Assembly (NCBI RefSeq): GCF_030530945.1
Contig: NZ_JAUMTZ010000004.1
Span: 10,693 to 74,692, forward strand
DNA from: Kocuria sp.
GTDB lineage: Bacteria; Actinomycetota; Actinomycetes; Actinomycetales; Micrococcaceae
Reading direction: 5' to 3'
DNA: 64,000 nt
Below the pieces are notes generated by a model that did no database searches, was not told the DNA's origin, and worked only from the letters and a program-made list of their open reading frames with translations. Positions 9,583-19,443 of this stretch are shown here, one piece after another. The translations under genes were made by a program, and so were the position numbers. The stretch's first letter is position 1, and the number at the start of each line of letters is the position of its first letter.

Positions 9583-10272
9583 GTGAGCAACCAGACAGAC
9601 TGCCCCCGCACGGCCACCGCCGCGGGTCCGGGGGATGCCGCCGCCGATCAGGCGGGCGCCCAGGACGGTGCACGGGACAGGCGCTCCCGCTCCGCCACCC
9701 GGCTCCGGCTGATCCGCAGCGCACCGGCCGTGTTCGCACGGCAGGGGATCGACGGCGCCTCGGTGAGCGAGCTGTGCGCCGCTGCCGGGTTCACGCGGGG
9801 CGCCTTCTATTCCAACTTCGAGTCCAAGCAGGAGCTGGCGATCCTCGCCTTCGAGGACCTCGCCACCCAGCTGGCCGAGACCATCGACTCCGAGCTGGAG
9901 CACTGGCTGGGCTCCGGGCTGCCGGTCCAGGAGGTGGTCACCCGCATCATCGAGGGCGTCACGGACCAGGTGTCGAACATGAACCAGCAGGCGTTGCGGG
10001 TGGAGCTCTCCCTGGTGGCCTACCGCTCGCCCGAGGTGCGGGAGCAGCTGGCGCCCATCCGCGCACGGATGTACCGGGCCGTGGAGCAGGCCCTGGTGCG
10101 GGTGGCAGACGCGCAGCACCTCGAGTTCACGGTGCCGCCGGACGAGGTGGCCCGCGTGCTCCTCACCAGCTACTCGGGCCAGCTCACCGACCACATGGCC
10201 ATGGGGGACTCAGGCCCCGCCGCCCAGCGGGTGGTCCCCACCATGTGGTTCGCCGTCACCCGGCCCGCCTGA
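9583..10272 (+). CDS. TetR/AcrR family transcriptional regulator
   Basis: HTH segment SVSELCAAAGFTRGAFYSNFESKQEL is the classic TetR_N signature. GTG start with GAGGAAG upstream. Confidence 0.8.
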   Translation: MSNQTDCPRTATAAGPGDAAADQAGAQDGARDRRSRSATRLRLIRSAPAVFARQGIDGASVSELCAAAGFTRGAFYSNFESKQELAILAFEDLATQLAETIDSELEHWLGSGLPVQEVVTRIIEGVTDQVSNMNQQALRVELSLVAYRSPEVREQLAPIRARMYRAVEQALVRVADAQHLEFTVPPDEVARVLLTSYSGQLTDHMAMGDSGPAAQRVVPTMWFAVTRPA

Positions 10273-10471
10273 CCACGCCGCCGCCCCTGCTTCCTGACCG
10301 ATCACACCTCCCGCCCCCCCTGCGCCACTGCGCCGGCCCGCCCCGTCCGCCCCGGATTGACCGGCTCCCGGGGTGGGCGCATCATGTACTCGCCCGCCGC
10401 ACCGAGCGCGCGGCCCGGTGCCGAGTCGACGGGGTCGCCCGGCTGCGGCTCCAGTGAACGAAGGACAGCCC

Positions 10472-12406
10472 GTGCCTGATGCAGCAGCCGGTGGGAGCAC
10501 CGTGACGGCCACCACCGAGGACACGGAGCAACGCCGTCCCTGGTACCTCCTGACGCTGGGCGCCCTGGGGGTGGTGTTCGGGGACATCGGCACGAGTCCC
10601 CTCTACGCCGTCAAGACGGTGTTCACGGTGGACGGCGGGGCGGTGCGCCCCACCCCCGTGGACGTCTACGGCGTGACCTCCTGCTTCTTCTGGGTGCTGG
10701 TGCTGGTCGTCACCCTCAAGTACGTGGTGGTGGTCATGCAGGCGGACAACGACGGCGAGGGCGGAGTGCTCTCCTTGGCGGCCCTGACCCGCAAGCGGCT
10801 GCCCCGGAACGGGAAGCTCTGGGGACTCGTCATGCTGCTGGGGGTCATCGGGGCCTCCCTCTTCTTCGGTGACAGCGTGATCACCCCGGCGGTGTCCGTG
10901 ATGTCCGCGGTCGAAGGTCTGGAGCTGGTCCATCCCGGCCTGGGTACGTACGTGGTGCCCCTGGGAGCGGTGATCATCACTGCCCTGTTCCTGACCCAGC
11001 GCAAGGGCACGGACCTGGTGGGCAAGGCCTTCGGCCCCGTGATGGTCCTGTGGTTCGGGGTGATCGCCGTCCTGGGCGTGGTCCAGGTGGCGCGGGACCC
11101 GCAGATCCTGCGGGCCATCTCCCCCACGTACGCGGTGGCCTTCGTGGTGGAGCACCCCGGGGTGGCGTTCGTGGCCGGTGGCGCCATCGTGCTGTGCGTG
11201 ACGGGAGCGGAGGCGCTCTACGCGGACATGGGCCACTTCGGCCGCGCGCCCATCAACAGGGCGTGGTTCTTCCTGGTGTTCCCGAGCCTGCTGCTCAACT
11301 ACATGGGGCAGGGTTCTCTCATCCTGGACCGCCCGGAGACCATGGGCGACTCCTTCTACCTCCTGGCACCCCAGTGGGCCAGGCTGCCGCTGATCGTCCT
11401 GGCCACCTCCGCCACCGTGATCGCCTCGCAGTCCGTGATCTCGGGTGCGTTCTCCGCGGCCCGGCAGGCGGAGCGGCTGGGCTACATGCCGCGCATGACC
11501 GTGCGTCACACCGGTCAGCACGAGGAGGGACAGATCTACGTGCCCAGCGTCAACTGGGCGCTGTTCGCGGGTGTTCTCCTGCTGCTCGTGGTCTTCCGCA
11601 GCTCCGACAGGCTGGCCATCGCCTACGGCCTCGCCGTGACCGGCACCTTCCTGCTGACCACCACCCTGTTCCTGGTCTACGCGCACACCGGTCTGAAGTG
11701 GCCGCTGGGGCGGCTCGTGGCCCTGGGAACCGTGCTGTACGTGGTGGAGGGGCTGTTCTTCGCGGCCAACACCGTCAAACTGCTGCACGGCGGCTGGGTG
11801 CCCCTGGCGGTCGCGGGGCTGATTGCGGCGAGCATGCTCACGTGGCGCCGGGGCCGGCGGGCCGTGGTGGCCTACGAGGGCCAGCTCGAGGGCCCGCTGA
11901 GCGACTTCATCCGCCGCGCCCGCAACGGCCACCTGCGCGAGGTCCCGGGCACGGCCGTGTACCTGCACGCCAACCCGTCCTCCACGCCGCTCGCCCTGAG
12001 CGAGAACGCCCGCTTCAACCGGGTGATCCACGAGAACGTGGTGGTCGTGCGGACCCTTCCCGTGGGCGTCCCCCACGTGGCCCCCGAGCGCAGGGTGGTC
12101 GTGGACGAGCTGGAGACCCCGACCCAGCACATCACGCACCTCACGCTGCGCTTCGGGTTCCTGGACGACCCGGACGTCCCCGCGGGCCTGGCAACCGCGC
12201 GCGAGCAGGGTCTGGACATCGACGCCGAGGACGCCCGGTACTTCGTCTCGGAGCTCACCCTGATCGACGCCGGACGGCACCAGGGCATGGGCAGGGCCCA
12301 GAAGCTGCTGTTCATGGCCATGAGCCACAACGCCGCCGTGCCCGCGGACTACTACCGGCTCCCCCGGGACCGCACCGTGATGATCGGGGCGCAGCTGGAG
12401 CTGTGA
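10472..12406 (+). CDS. kup: KUP/HAK/KT family potassium uptake protein
   Basis: WYLLTLGALGVVFGDIGTSPLYAVKTVF...GEGGVLSLAAL matches the Kup N-terminal signature. GTG at 10472 with AAGGA upstream. Confidence 0.85.
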   Translation: MPDAAAGGSTVTATTEDTEQRRPWYLLTLGALGVVFGDIGTSPLYAVKTVFTVDGGAVRPTPVDVYGVTSCFFWVLVLVVTLKYVVVVMQADNDGEGGVLSLAALTRKRLPRNGKLWGLVMLLGVIGASLFFGDSVITPAVSVMSAVEGLELVHPGLGTYVVPLGAVIITALFLTQRKGTDLVGKAFGPVMVLWFGVIAVLGVVQVARDPQILRAISPTYAVAFVVEHPGVAFVAGGAIVLCVTGAEALYADMGHFGRAPINRAWFFLVFPSLLLNYMGQGSLILDRPETMGDSFYLLAPQWARLPLIVLATSATVIASQSVISGAFSAARQAERLGYMPRMTVRHTGQHEEGQIYVPSVNWALFAGVLLLLVVFRSSDRLAIAYGLAVTGTFLLTTTLFLVYAHTGLKWPLGRLVALGTVLYVVEGLFFAANTVKLLHGGWVPLAVAGLIAASMLTWRRGRRAVVAYEGQLEGPLSDFIRRARNGHLREVPGTAVYLHANPSSTPLALSENARFNRVIHENVVVVRTLPVGVPHVAPERRVVVDELETPTQHITHLTLRFGFLDDPDVPAGLATAREQGLDIDAEDARYFVSELTLIDAGRHQGMGRAQKLLFMAMSHNAAVPADYYRLPRDRTVMIGAQLEL

Positions 12407-12443
12407 GGGGAGCACCCGCGGGCCGGCGCGGCGTCGTCGTGCG

Positions 12444-13106
12444 TCAGACCACGTGGGGCAGGACGAGGAGCATGGTCAGGGACCACACGAGGTGCGTGAC
12501 GACGCACGGCACCAGAGAGCGCGTGCGCTCGCGCAGGTAGCCCACGAACGCCCCGAGTGCCGCGGCCGCGAAGGCCAGCAGGGGGATGCCCGCCAGGGAG
12601 GTCACGGCGGTGTAGAGGATGGTGGTGACCAGGATGCGCCGCCCCCGGGGCAGAACGCGCCACAGGGCACCGCGGTAGTAGGTCTCCTCAGCCACGCCGT
12701 TGACGGCCGTGGTCAGGGCCGTCATGGCCAGGCCGCCCACCCGAGCGTGGTCGAGCAGCTCGTGAACCGGTCCGGCCAGGGGCGGGATGAAGCGCACCAT
12801 GAAGCCGCCGGCCACGAACACGGCCGCGAGGACCACGCCCCCGATGACCGCGTCCCGCATGCCCTGGGGGGTGACCCGCCAGGGCAGCCGCTCCCCGGTC
12901 ATGCGCACGGCGATGGAGCTGCCCGCGATGTAGACGGCCGCGAGGATGAGGGTGGCCGGGTAGAACCACGGGTCCCCCGCGGGGATCCGCAGGGACCACG
13001 CGAGACCGGCCGCCGCGAGCACGCCCGTGGCGGCCACCACCCACACGGTCCGCTTGCGGGTGGCCGTGGTGGTGTCCCCGTAGGGGCTGACACGATGTTC
13101 GCTCAC
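12444..13106 (-). CDS. CPBP family intramembrane metalloprotease (CAAX protease-like)
   Basis: Polytopic protein with an EETYYRG (EExxxR) motif and downstream conserved His. GTG at 13106 with GGAAAGGAA upstream. Convergent with kup, 37-nt gap. Confidence 0.65.
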   Translation of the reverse strand: MSEHRVSPYGDTTTATRKRTVWVVAATGVLAAAGLAWSLRIPAGDPWFYPATLILAAVYIAGSSIAVRMTGERLPWRVTPQGMRDAVIGGVVLAAVFVAGGFMVRFIPPLAGPVHELLDHARVGGLAMTALTTAVNGVAEETYYRGALWRVLPRGRRILVTTILYTAVTSLAGIPLLAFAAAALGAFVGYLRERTRSLVPCVVTHLVWSLTMLLVLPHVV

Positions 13107-13239
13107 CGTGGTTCCTTTCCATCCCGGCCGCTCGGGCCGGGGACGTGGGAGGGCGCTGCGGTGGCCGCCGTGCACCACGACGGCCCGGTGCGGCGGGCGG
13201 CGGGACCCGCGCCCGGGATCCCGCCGCACCGCCGCCGGG

Positions 13240-14697
13240 TCACTTCCGCCGGGGGTTGAGCCCGCGCAGGGTGGTGGAGAGCACGGAGGCGAACGCGGTC
13301 CACCCGGCGTAGGGACTGAGCACCACGGCCTTCTCCGGAGAGATCTTGGCGCTGCGCCGCACCAGGTCCGCGGAGCTGACCGCGAGCAGCACGGACTCCA
13401 CGGCGGCCGCGCCCAGCCGCTTGCGGTTGAAGAACAGGACGCTCCACCCGGCGTTCAGCGCCAGGTTCACGCCGAGGGCGGTCGCGTACGCGCGCTGCTC
13501 GTCGGTGCGCCCCTGCTCCCCCAGGTCCGCGATGGACAGGGAGCCGATCGCGGCGATGTCCGCGTACAGCGCCGTCCACGCCACGGGGAACAGCCATGCC
13601 GGGGGCTGGAAGGACGGCTTGCGCAGCGTCTTGTACCAGAGGGTGTCCGGGGCGCTGGCGAGCGTGCCCACCACCGCCGTGGCCGCCACCGCGGCTGTGG
13701 TCGCGGAGAACACGCGGCGCCACCGGTTGGTGTCCAGGTCCTTGGTGGCCGCCCGCACGGCGTCCGCGAAGGAGGTGTGCCCGCCCTCGGGGGCGCCGAT
13801 GTAGTCGTCCAGGTCCCGCTCGTGCATCACGGTGTCGTGCTGCAGGCTGCCGATCAGCGGCCGGGCCAGCTTGGAGCTGATCGGAGTGACCAGCCCGATC
13901 CAGTTGGCAGCCAGCCCGGGGGTGGTCACCGGCGCGGTGAGCATGAAGCGCCGGCCCTTGCCGGTGGCGCAGGCGTACTGGTCCAGCATGTCCGCGTACT
14001 CGATGGACTCCGGCCCGCCCACGTCGAACGTGCGGTTCACGTCCGCTGGGAGGTCCGCGGCGCCCACGAGGTAGTGCACCACGTCCGCCACGGCGATGGG
14101 CTGGATGCGGTTGCGCACCCAGCGGGGGGCGATCGCACCCGGCAAGCGCTCCGCGAGGTGGCGGATCATGATGAAGGAGGAGGACTCGTCCCCGATCACC
14201 ACGCCGGTCTGCAGCGCGGCGGTGGGCACCCCGGAGTCCATGAGGGCCTGACCCACCTCCACGCGGGAGCGCAGGTGGTCGGAGAGCTCGGAGACGGGCT
14301 CGTCGTCCGGGTGCAGACCGCCCAGGTAGACGATGCGCTCCACGTGGGCGTCGTGCGCGGCGGTGGCGAAGGTCTTGGCCATCTCCACCTCCTCCTGCAC
14401 GAAGTTCTCGGAGTCGCCCATGGAGTGCAGCAGGTACCAGGCCACGTCCACGTCCTGCAGGGCGCGGGAGATGTCCGCGGCCTCGGAGGCGTTGCCCTCC
14501 ACGACCTCGGCCTGCCCGGGCCCGGCGGAGCGGCCCTTCGCCACCACGGCGTCGCCCCAGGGCAGGTCGCGGACCTTCTCGGCGCTGCGGCTGAGCAGAC
14601 GCACCCGCCAGCCCCGCCGCAGCAGCTCCTGGGCCACCTGGCCGCCGATGTATCCCGTGGCGCCCGTGACGAGAGCCAGCCGTGCGTTGTCACTCAT
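13240..14697 (-). CDS. Fusion protein: N-terminal NmrA/SDR-like NAD(P)-binding domain plus C-terminal complete TspO/MBR (tryptophan-rich sensory protein) domain
   Basis: N-terminus MSDNARLALVTGATGYIGGQVAQELLRRGWRV is a Rossmann GxxGxxG motif. C-terminus WYKTLRKPSFQPPAWLFPVAWTALY...ALNAGWSVLFFNRKR...LSPYAGWTAFASVL aligns motif-for-motif with bacterial TspO, including a TM1 before WY. Confidence 0.7.
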   Translation of the reverse strand: MSDNARLALVTGATGYIGGQVAQELLRRGWRVRLLSRSAEKVRDLPWGDAVVAKGRSAGPGQAEVVEGNASEAADISRALQDVDVAWYLLHSMGDSENFVQEEVEMAKTFATAAHDAHVERIVYLGGLHPDDEPVSELSDHLRSRVEVGQALMDSGVPTAALQTGVVIGDESSSFIMIRHLAERLPGAIAPRWVRNRIQPIAVADVVHYLVGAADLPADVNRTFDVGGPESIEYADMLDQYACATGKGRRFMLTAPVTTPGLAANWIGLVTPISSKLARPLIGSLQHDTVMHERDLDDYIGAPEGGHTSFADAVRAATKDLDTNRWRRVFSATTAAVAATAVVGTLASAPDTLWYKTLRKPSFQPPAWLFPVAWTALYADIAAIGSLSIADLGEQGRTDEQRAYATALGVNLALNAGWSVLFFNRKRLGAAAVESVLLAVSSADLVRRSAKISPEKAVVLSPYAGWTAFASVLSTTLRGLNPRRK

Positions 14698-14830
14698 GTG
14701 TCGTTCCCGTCCTGTGCGAGGGGTGTCCGGGTGCGTCACCCGGCAGTGGCGCGGAACCGCCTGTGCTGGTGCCAGTATGTCAGCCTGCTGAGGGGTTCCA
14801 CCACGGGCTCCGCCGGGGGCGGGACCGGCC

Positions 14831-15292
14831 TCAGCCGCGCACGTCCACGTCCTCGAAGACCAGGAACGTCTGGGTGTCCACCACCTCGGGCATGGGCTGC
14901 AGCCGGTCGAAGATGACCTCCCGCAGCTCGGCGGTGCCGCGTGCCCGCACCAGCAGCATCACGTCGAACGTGCCTCCCACCAGGGCCACGTGCTGGACCT
15001 GGGGGATCGCGCGCAGCTTGGGCCGCAGGGTGTCCCACGTGTTCTGCTTCAGGCGCAGCGTCACGTACGCGGACGCCTCCAGCCCGGCCTTCACGGGGTC
15101 GATCACGGCCGTGTAGCGCAGCACCACCCCGCGCTCGTGCAGCCGGCGGATCCGCTCGTAGGCGTGCGCGCGGGAGATGTGCACCGTGGCCGCGAGCGCG
15201 GTGACGGACTGGCGTGCGTCACGGGTGAGCTCCTCCAGGATCCGCCGGTCCGTCCCGTCCAGCTCCACGTCCTCCCGGTCCTGCCGCGCCAT
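14831..15292 (-). CDS. Lrp/AsnC family transcriptional regulator (BkdR-like by position)
   Basis: MARQDREDVELDGTDRRILEELTRDARQSVTALAATVHISRAHAYERIRRL (HTH_AsnC) plus a RAM domain. Divergent from the 2-oxoacid dehydrogenase operon. Confidence 0.8.
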   Translation of the reverse strand: MARQDREDVELDGTDRRILEELTRDARQSVTALAATVHISRAHAYERIRRLHERGVVLRYTAVIDPVKAGLEASAYVTLRLKQNTWDTLRPKLRAIPQVQHVALVGGTFDVMLLVRARGTAELREVIFDRLQPMPEVVDTQTFLVFEDVDVRG

Positions 15293-15621
15293 CCGTGCCG
15301 CCCTCTCCTCGGTCCTGCCCGTTTCCGTCCACGTCCCTGCCGCGCCGCCACGGCACCGGTCGACGACGCCGCCGCCGTCCACCGCGGGCCGGTGCGTCCG
15401 GCGCCGGGAGACGATCCAGCATGACGCAGGTCACATTGAGGCAATCCGTCCAGTCAAACCGCCCGAACCCAGCCTATCGTCCACGACGTGCCCCCGGTGT
15501 GGAGACGGAGCGCCCGGAATGGCCATACTGAGCGGACGACGCGTCCGAGCGCCGTCGCGCGCGCGTGCCGTGCGGCGCCCGGACGCCACCGAGTTCCACC
15601 CAGAGAAGAAAGGGACGCCCC

Positions 15622-16824
15622 ATGAGCGAGCCCACCTCCGCCGGCGGCACGAGCGCCGCCCGGGAGAGCACACGGCCGGTGAACCCGGCCGTGGAGGCCT
15701 CCAAGAACTTCGGCATCACCCCCGAGCAGTACATGCTGCCCGCGAGCACGGAGATCCGCCTGCTGTCCCCGGACGGCACAGAGGTTCCCAGGTCCGAGCA
15801 GGGCCAGGAGCCGGGGCACGAGTACCCCATGCCGGACACGGACCGGCTGCTGGACGCCTACGAGAAGCTCGTGGTGGGCCGGCGCATCAACGACCAGAAC
15901 ATGGCACTGGTGCGCCAGGGACGCATGGCGGTCTACCCCTCCAGCCACGGCCAGGAGGCGTGCCAGGTGGCCGCAGCCCTGTGCCTGGAGGACCAGGACT
16001 GGCTGTTCCCCACGTACCGCGACTCCGTGGCCGTGATGTCCCGCGGGGTGGACCCCCTGGAGGTCATGAGCACCTACCGCGGGGACTGGCACGGCGGCTA
16101 CGACCCCAAGAAGTACAAGGTCTCCATCCAGGCCACTCCGCTCACCACCCAGCTGCTGCACGCGGTGGGCGTGGCGCACGCCGCGAAGCTGCGCGGCGAG
16201 AACACCGTGACCCTGGCCATGTGCGGTGACGGGGCCACCTCCGAGGGGGACTTCCACGAGGCCCTGAACTTCGCGGCGGTGTTCCAGCTGCCCGTGCTGT
16301 TCCTGGTGCAGAACAACGGCTACGCGATCTCCGTGCCGCTGTCCTCCCAGACCCGCGCACCCTCCCTGGCGCACAAGGGCGTGGGCTACGGCATGGCCAG
16401 CGAGCGCGTGGACGGCAACGACCTCGCCGCCCTGCTCTCCGTGCTGGGCCGTGGCATCGAGCTGTGCCGCGCGGGCGGCGGGCCGCTGCTCGTGGAGGCC
16501 ATGACCTACCGCATGCAGGCGCACACCAACGCGGACGACGACACCCGCTACCGCGAGCGGGACGAGGTCAGCGAGTGGGTGGCCAAGGACCCCATCACCC
16601 GCATGCAGCGCTACCTGGAGGACCAGGGCGCCCTGGACGAGGACGTCACGGGGAGGATCTCCGAGCACGCCGAGGCCATGGCCAAGCGGCTGCGCGAGGC
16701 GATGTCCTCCAAGCCGGAGCTGGACCCGCAGGACCTCTTCCGCTTCGTCTACCACGAACCCACCCCGCAGCTGCGCGAACAAGGCGCGCAGCTGGCGGAC
16801 GAACTCTCCCGTGAGGAGGCGTGA
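15622..16824 (+). CDS. 2-oxoacid (branched-chain-type) dehydrogenase E1 component alpha subunit, TPP-dependent
   Basis: MCGDGATSEGDFHEALNFAAVFQLPVLFLVQNNGYAIS is the TPP-binding motif region of E1alpha. AAGAAAGGGA lies upstream of the ATG at 15622. Confidence 0.85.
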   Translation: MSEPTSAGGTSAARESTRPVNPAVEASKNFGITPEQYMLPASTEIRLLSPDGTEVPRSEQGQEPGHEYPMPDTDRLLDAYEKLVVGRRINDQNMALVRQGRMAVYPSSHGQEACQVAAALCLEDQDWLFPTYRDSVAVMSRGVDPLEVMSTYRGDWHGGYDPKKYKVSIQATPLTTQLLHAVGVAHAAKLRGENTVTLAMCGDGATSEGDFHEALNFAAVFQLPVLFLVQNNGYAISVPLSSQTRAPSLAHKGVGYGMASERVDGNDLAALLSVLGRGIELCRAGGGPLLVEAMTYRMQAHTNADDDTRYRERDEVSEWVAKDPITRMQRYLEDQGALDEDVTGRISEHAEAMAKRLREAMSSKPELDPQDLFRFVYHEPTPQLREQGAQLADELSREEA

Positions 16825-17834
16825 TGAGCGCGTCGAAAGTGAGCTTCGCCAAGGCCCTGAACACCGCCCTCGCGGACGCCATGGAGGCCTCCGCGGACGT
16901 GGTGGTCTTCGGTGAGGACGTGGGCACCCTGGGCGGTGTCTTCCGGATCACGGACGGGCTGACCGCCCGGTTCGGCAGGGACCGCTGCTTCGACACCCCG
17001 CTCGCGGAGTCGGGGATCATCGGCACCGCGGTGGGCATGGCCATGAACGGCATGCGCCCGGTGGCCGAGATGCAGTTCGACGCCTTCGCGTACCCCGCGT
17101 TCGAGCAGGTGGCCTCCCACGTGGCCAAGATGCACAACCGCACCCGCGGGAAGCTGAGCATGCCCCTGGTCATCCGCATCCCCTACGGCGGCGGCGTGGG
17201 CGGCGTGGAGCACCACTGCGACTCCTCCGAGTCCTACTACGCCCACACCCCGGGCCTGAAGGTCTTCACCCCGGCGTCCGTGGCGGACGCGTACGTGCTG
17301 CTGCGCGAGGCCATCGACTCCCCGGACCCCGTGGTGTTCTTCGAGCCCAAGCGGCTGTACTGGTCCACCGCGCAGGTGGACCTGGACGAGCTGCGCGAGC
17401 AGTACGAGAACGGCAGCCTGTCGCGGCGGGAGGGCCACGCCGCCGTCGCCCGCGAGGGCTCGGACGCCACCCTGATCTCCTACGGCCCGTCCGTGCCGGT
17501 GTGCCTGGCCGCCGCCGAGGAGGCGGCGCGCGAGGGCATGTCGGTGGAGGTCGTGGACCTCGGCACCGTGGTCCCCTACGACGACGAGACCGTGGCCGCC
17601 TCCGTGCGCAAGACCGGCCGTGCCGTGGTGGTGGCCGAGGCGCAGGGCTTCGCGTCCGTGGCCTCGGAGATCGCCGCGCGCACCCAGGAGCGCTGCTTCC
17701 ACTCGCTGGCCGCCCCGGTGCTGCGGGTCACGGGGTTCGACATCCCCTACCCCTCGCCGTCCTTCGAGCACCACCACATCCCGAGCTCCGAGCGCATCCT
17801 GGACGCGCTGGACGACCTGCAGTGGGAGGACTGA
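16824..17834 (+). CDS. 2-oxoacid dehydrogenase E1 component beta subunit
   Basis: Transketolase-like pyrimidine-binding and C-terminal domains (VVFGEDVGTLGGVFRITDGL...). Start ATG overlaps the E1alpha stop (TGATG); GGAGG upstream. Confidence 0.85.
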   Translation: MSASKVSFAKALNTALADAMEASADVVVFGEDVGTLGGVFRITDGLTARFGRDRCFDTPLAESGIIGTAVGMAMNGMRPVAEMQFDAFAYPAFEQVASHVAKMHNRTRGKLSMPLVIRIPYGGGVGGVEHHCDSSESYYAHTPGLKVFTPASVADAYVLLREAIDSPDPVVFFEPKRLYWSTAQVDLDELREQYENGSLSRREGHAAVAREGSDATLISYGPSVPVCLAAAEEAAREGMSVEVVDLGTVVPYDDETVAASVRKTGRAVVVAEAQGFASVASEIAARTQERCFHSLAAPVLRVTGFDIPYPSPSFEHHHIPSSERILDALDDLQWED

Positions 17835-17837
17835 CCC

Positions 17838-19421
17838 GTGAGCATCAATGTGTTCAACCTGCCGGACCTGGGCGAAGGCCTGACCGAGGCCGACATCCTG
17901 CGCTGGCTCGTGGCCGAGGGTGACACCGTCACCATGGACCAGCCCATCGTGGAGGTGGAGACGGCCAAGTCCGCCGTGGAGGTGCCCACCCCGTTCGAGG
18001 GCGTGGTGCACAAGCTGCACGGCGCCGAGGGCGACACCATGCTGGTGGACCAGCCGCTGATCTCCATCTCCGACGGCGTGGAGACCCCCGAGGCCCCCGC
18101 CGGCACCGGCACGGAGGCGGGGGCTCCCGCCGCCGAGCACGCCGCGAGCTACCGCGAGGAGGAGCTCGCGGGCGCGCAGCCCTCCGCGGAGCTGGCCGTG
18201 GACGAGGCCGACCCCACCGCCGGTGAGGGCGAGGAGTCCTCCGGCAACGTCCTGATCGGCTACGGCACCTCCGCGGCGTCCTCGTCCCGGCGACGCCGCC
18301 GCAAGCGCGGCGCGGACGCCGAGACCACTTCGGCGGCCCCCACGGGCTCCGCGGCGCACGCTCAGGAGGCGCTCGCCGCAGGACCTCGCATGGCTCCCAC
18401 CGTCATCTCGCCGCTCGTGCGCAAGCTCGCGCGCGAGCACGGCCTGGACATTGCCGCCCTGCAGGGCAGCGGTCCCGGCGGGCTCATCATGCGCAGGGAC
18501 GTCCTCGCCGCAATCGAGCAGGTGGCGGACCAGCGGATGCGTGCCGACGCCGCCGGGCCGGCTCCCACGGGTCTGGGCGGACCCGCTCCCGTGGCTCCGA
18601 CCCTGGCCGCACCCGGTGGACCGGATCAGGGCGGGGCCGCTGAGGGTGGGGCGACCCCGGCCGCACCGGCCGCGGCGTCGTCCGAGCAGGAGGGGACGGA
18701 CCCCCGTACCGGTCTGGCTGTGGCCGCCCGCGAACCCGTCAAGGGCGTGCGCAAGACCATTGCGGACGCGCTGACCCGCTCGCGCGGCGAGATCCCCGAG
18801 GCCACCGTGTGGGTGGACGTGGACGCCACCGAGCTGCTGGAGCTGCGAGCCCGGCTCAAGGCCGAGGACCCGCAGAACACGCCCAGCCTGCTGGCCCTGA
18901 TCGCGCGGTTCACCCTGGCCGGGCTGCGGAAGTTCCCGCAACTCAACTCCCGGATCGACACCGCCGAGGACGGCAGCCGCAGCATCGTGCGCTTCGACGG
19001 CGTGAACCTGGGGATCGCCGTGGAGTCCGAGCGCGGGCTCATGGTGCCGAACCTGCGCAACGCGGACCGGCTCAGCGCCGTGGAGCTCACGGGAGCCCTG
19101 CGCGAGGTCATCGAGGTGGCCCGCTCCGGCAAGGCCGGTCCCGCGCAGCTCAGCGGCTCCACGTTCACGCTGAACAACTACGGCGTGTTCGGCACGGACG
19201 GCGCCACGCCCATCATCAACCACCCCGAGGCGGCGATCCTGGGCATCGGCCGGATCATCGACAAGCCGTGGGTGGTCAACGGTGAGCTGGCCGTCCGCAA
19301 GGTCACCACCGTGACCATCGCGTTCGACCACCGCGTGTGCGACGGCGGCGCGGCGGGCGGCTTCATCCGCTTCGTGGCGGACTGCATCGAGAACCCCGTG
19401 CGGGCGCTCACGCAGATCTGA
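17838..19421 (+). CDS. Dihydrolipoamide acyltransferase E2 component (lipoyl domain + E1/E3-binding domain + catalytic domain)
   Basis: Lipoyl motif VETAKSAVEVPTPFEGVV. PSBD segment APTVISPLVRKLAREHGLDIAALQGSG. Catalytic DHRVCDGGAAGGF motif. GTG start with GGGAGGA upstream. Confidence 0.85.
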   Translation: MSINVFNLPDLGEGLTEADILRWLVAEGDTVTMDQPIVEVETAKSAVEVPTPFEGVVHKLHGAEGDTMLVDQPLISISDGVETPEAPAGTGTEAGAPAAEHAASYREEELAGAQPSAELAVDEADPTAGEGEESSGNVLIGYGTSAASSSRRRRRKRGADAETTSAAPTGSAAHAQEALAAGPRMAPTVISPLVRKLAREHGLDIAALQGSGPGGLIMRRDVLAAIEQVADQRMRADAAGPAPTGLGGPAPVAPTLAAPGGPDQGGAAEGGATPAAPAAASSEQEGTDPRTGLAVAAREPVKGVRKTIADALTRSRGEIPEATVWVDVDATELLELRARLKAEDPQNTPSLLALIARFTLAGLRKFPQLNSRIDTAEDGSRSIVRFDGVNLGIAVESERGLMVPNLRNADRLSAVELTGALREVIEVARSGKAGPAQLSGSTFTLNNYGVFGTDGATPIINHPEAAILGIGRIIDKPWVVNGELAVRKVTTVTIAFDHRVCDGGAAGGFIRFVADCIENPVRALTQI

Positions 19422-19441
19422 CATCACCGCAGATCTGACAT
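19411..19441. repeat. 17-bp tandem duplication (cgcagatctgacatcac / cgcagatctgacatccc) spanning the E2 stop codon
   Basis: Seen directly: two adjacent copies of cgcagatctgacat. The first contains the E2 TGA stop. Confidence 0.6.
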
Positions 19442-19443
19442 CC

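Noticed and set aside
10273-10471. Possible riboswitch (e.g. c-di-AMP ydaO-type) in the 200-nt leader upstream of kup
   Set aside because: - I could not recognise the conserved ydaO helices by eye.
- It would need a covariance-model scan (Infernal/Rfam), so it is not claimed.
16749-19427. 892-aa minus-strand ORF across the dehydrogenase operon
   Set aside because: Antisense to three well-supported E1alpha/E1beta/E2 genes; low-complexity product.
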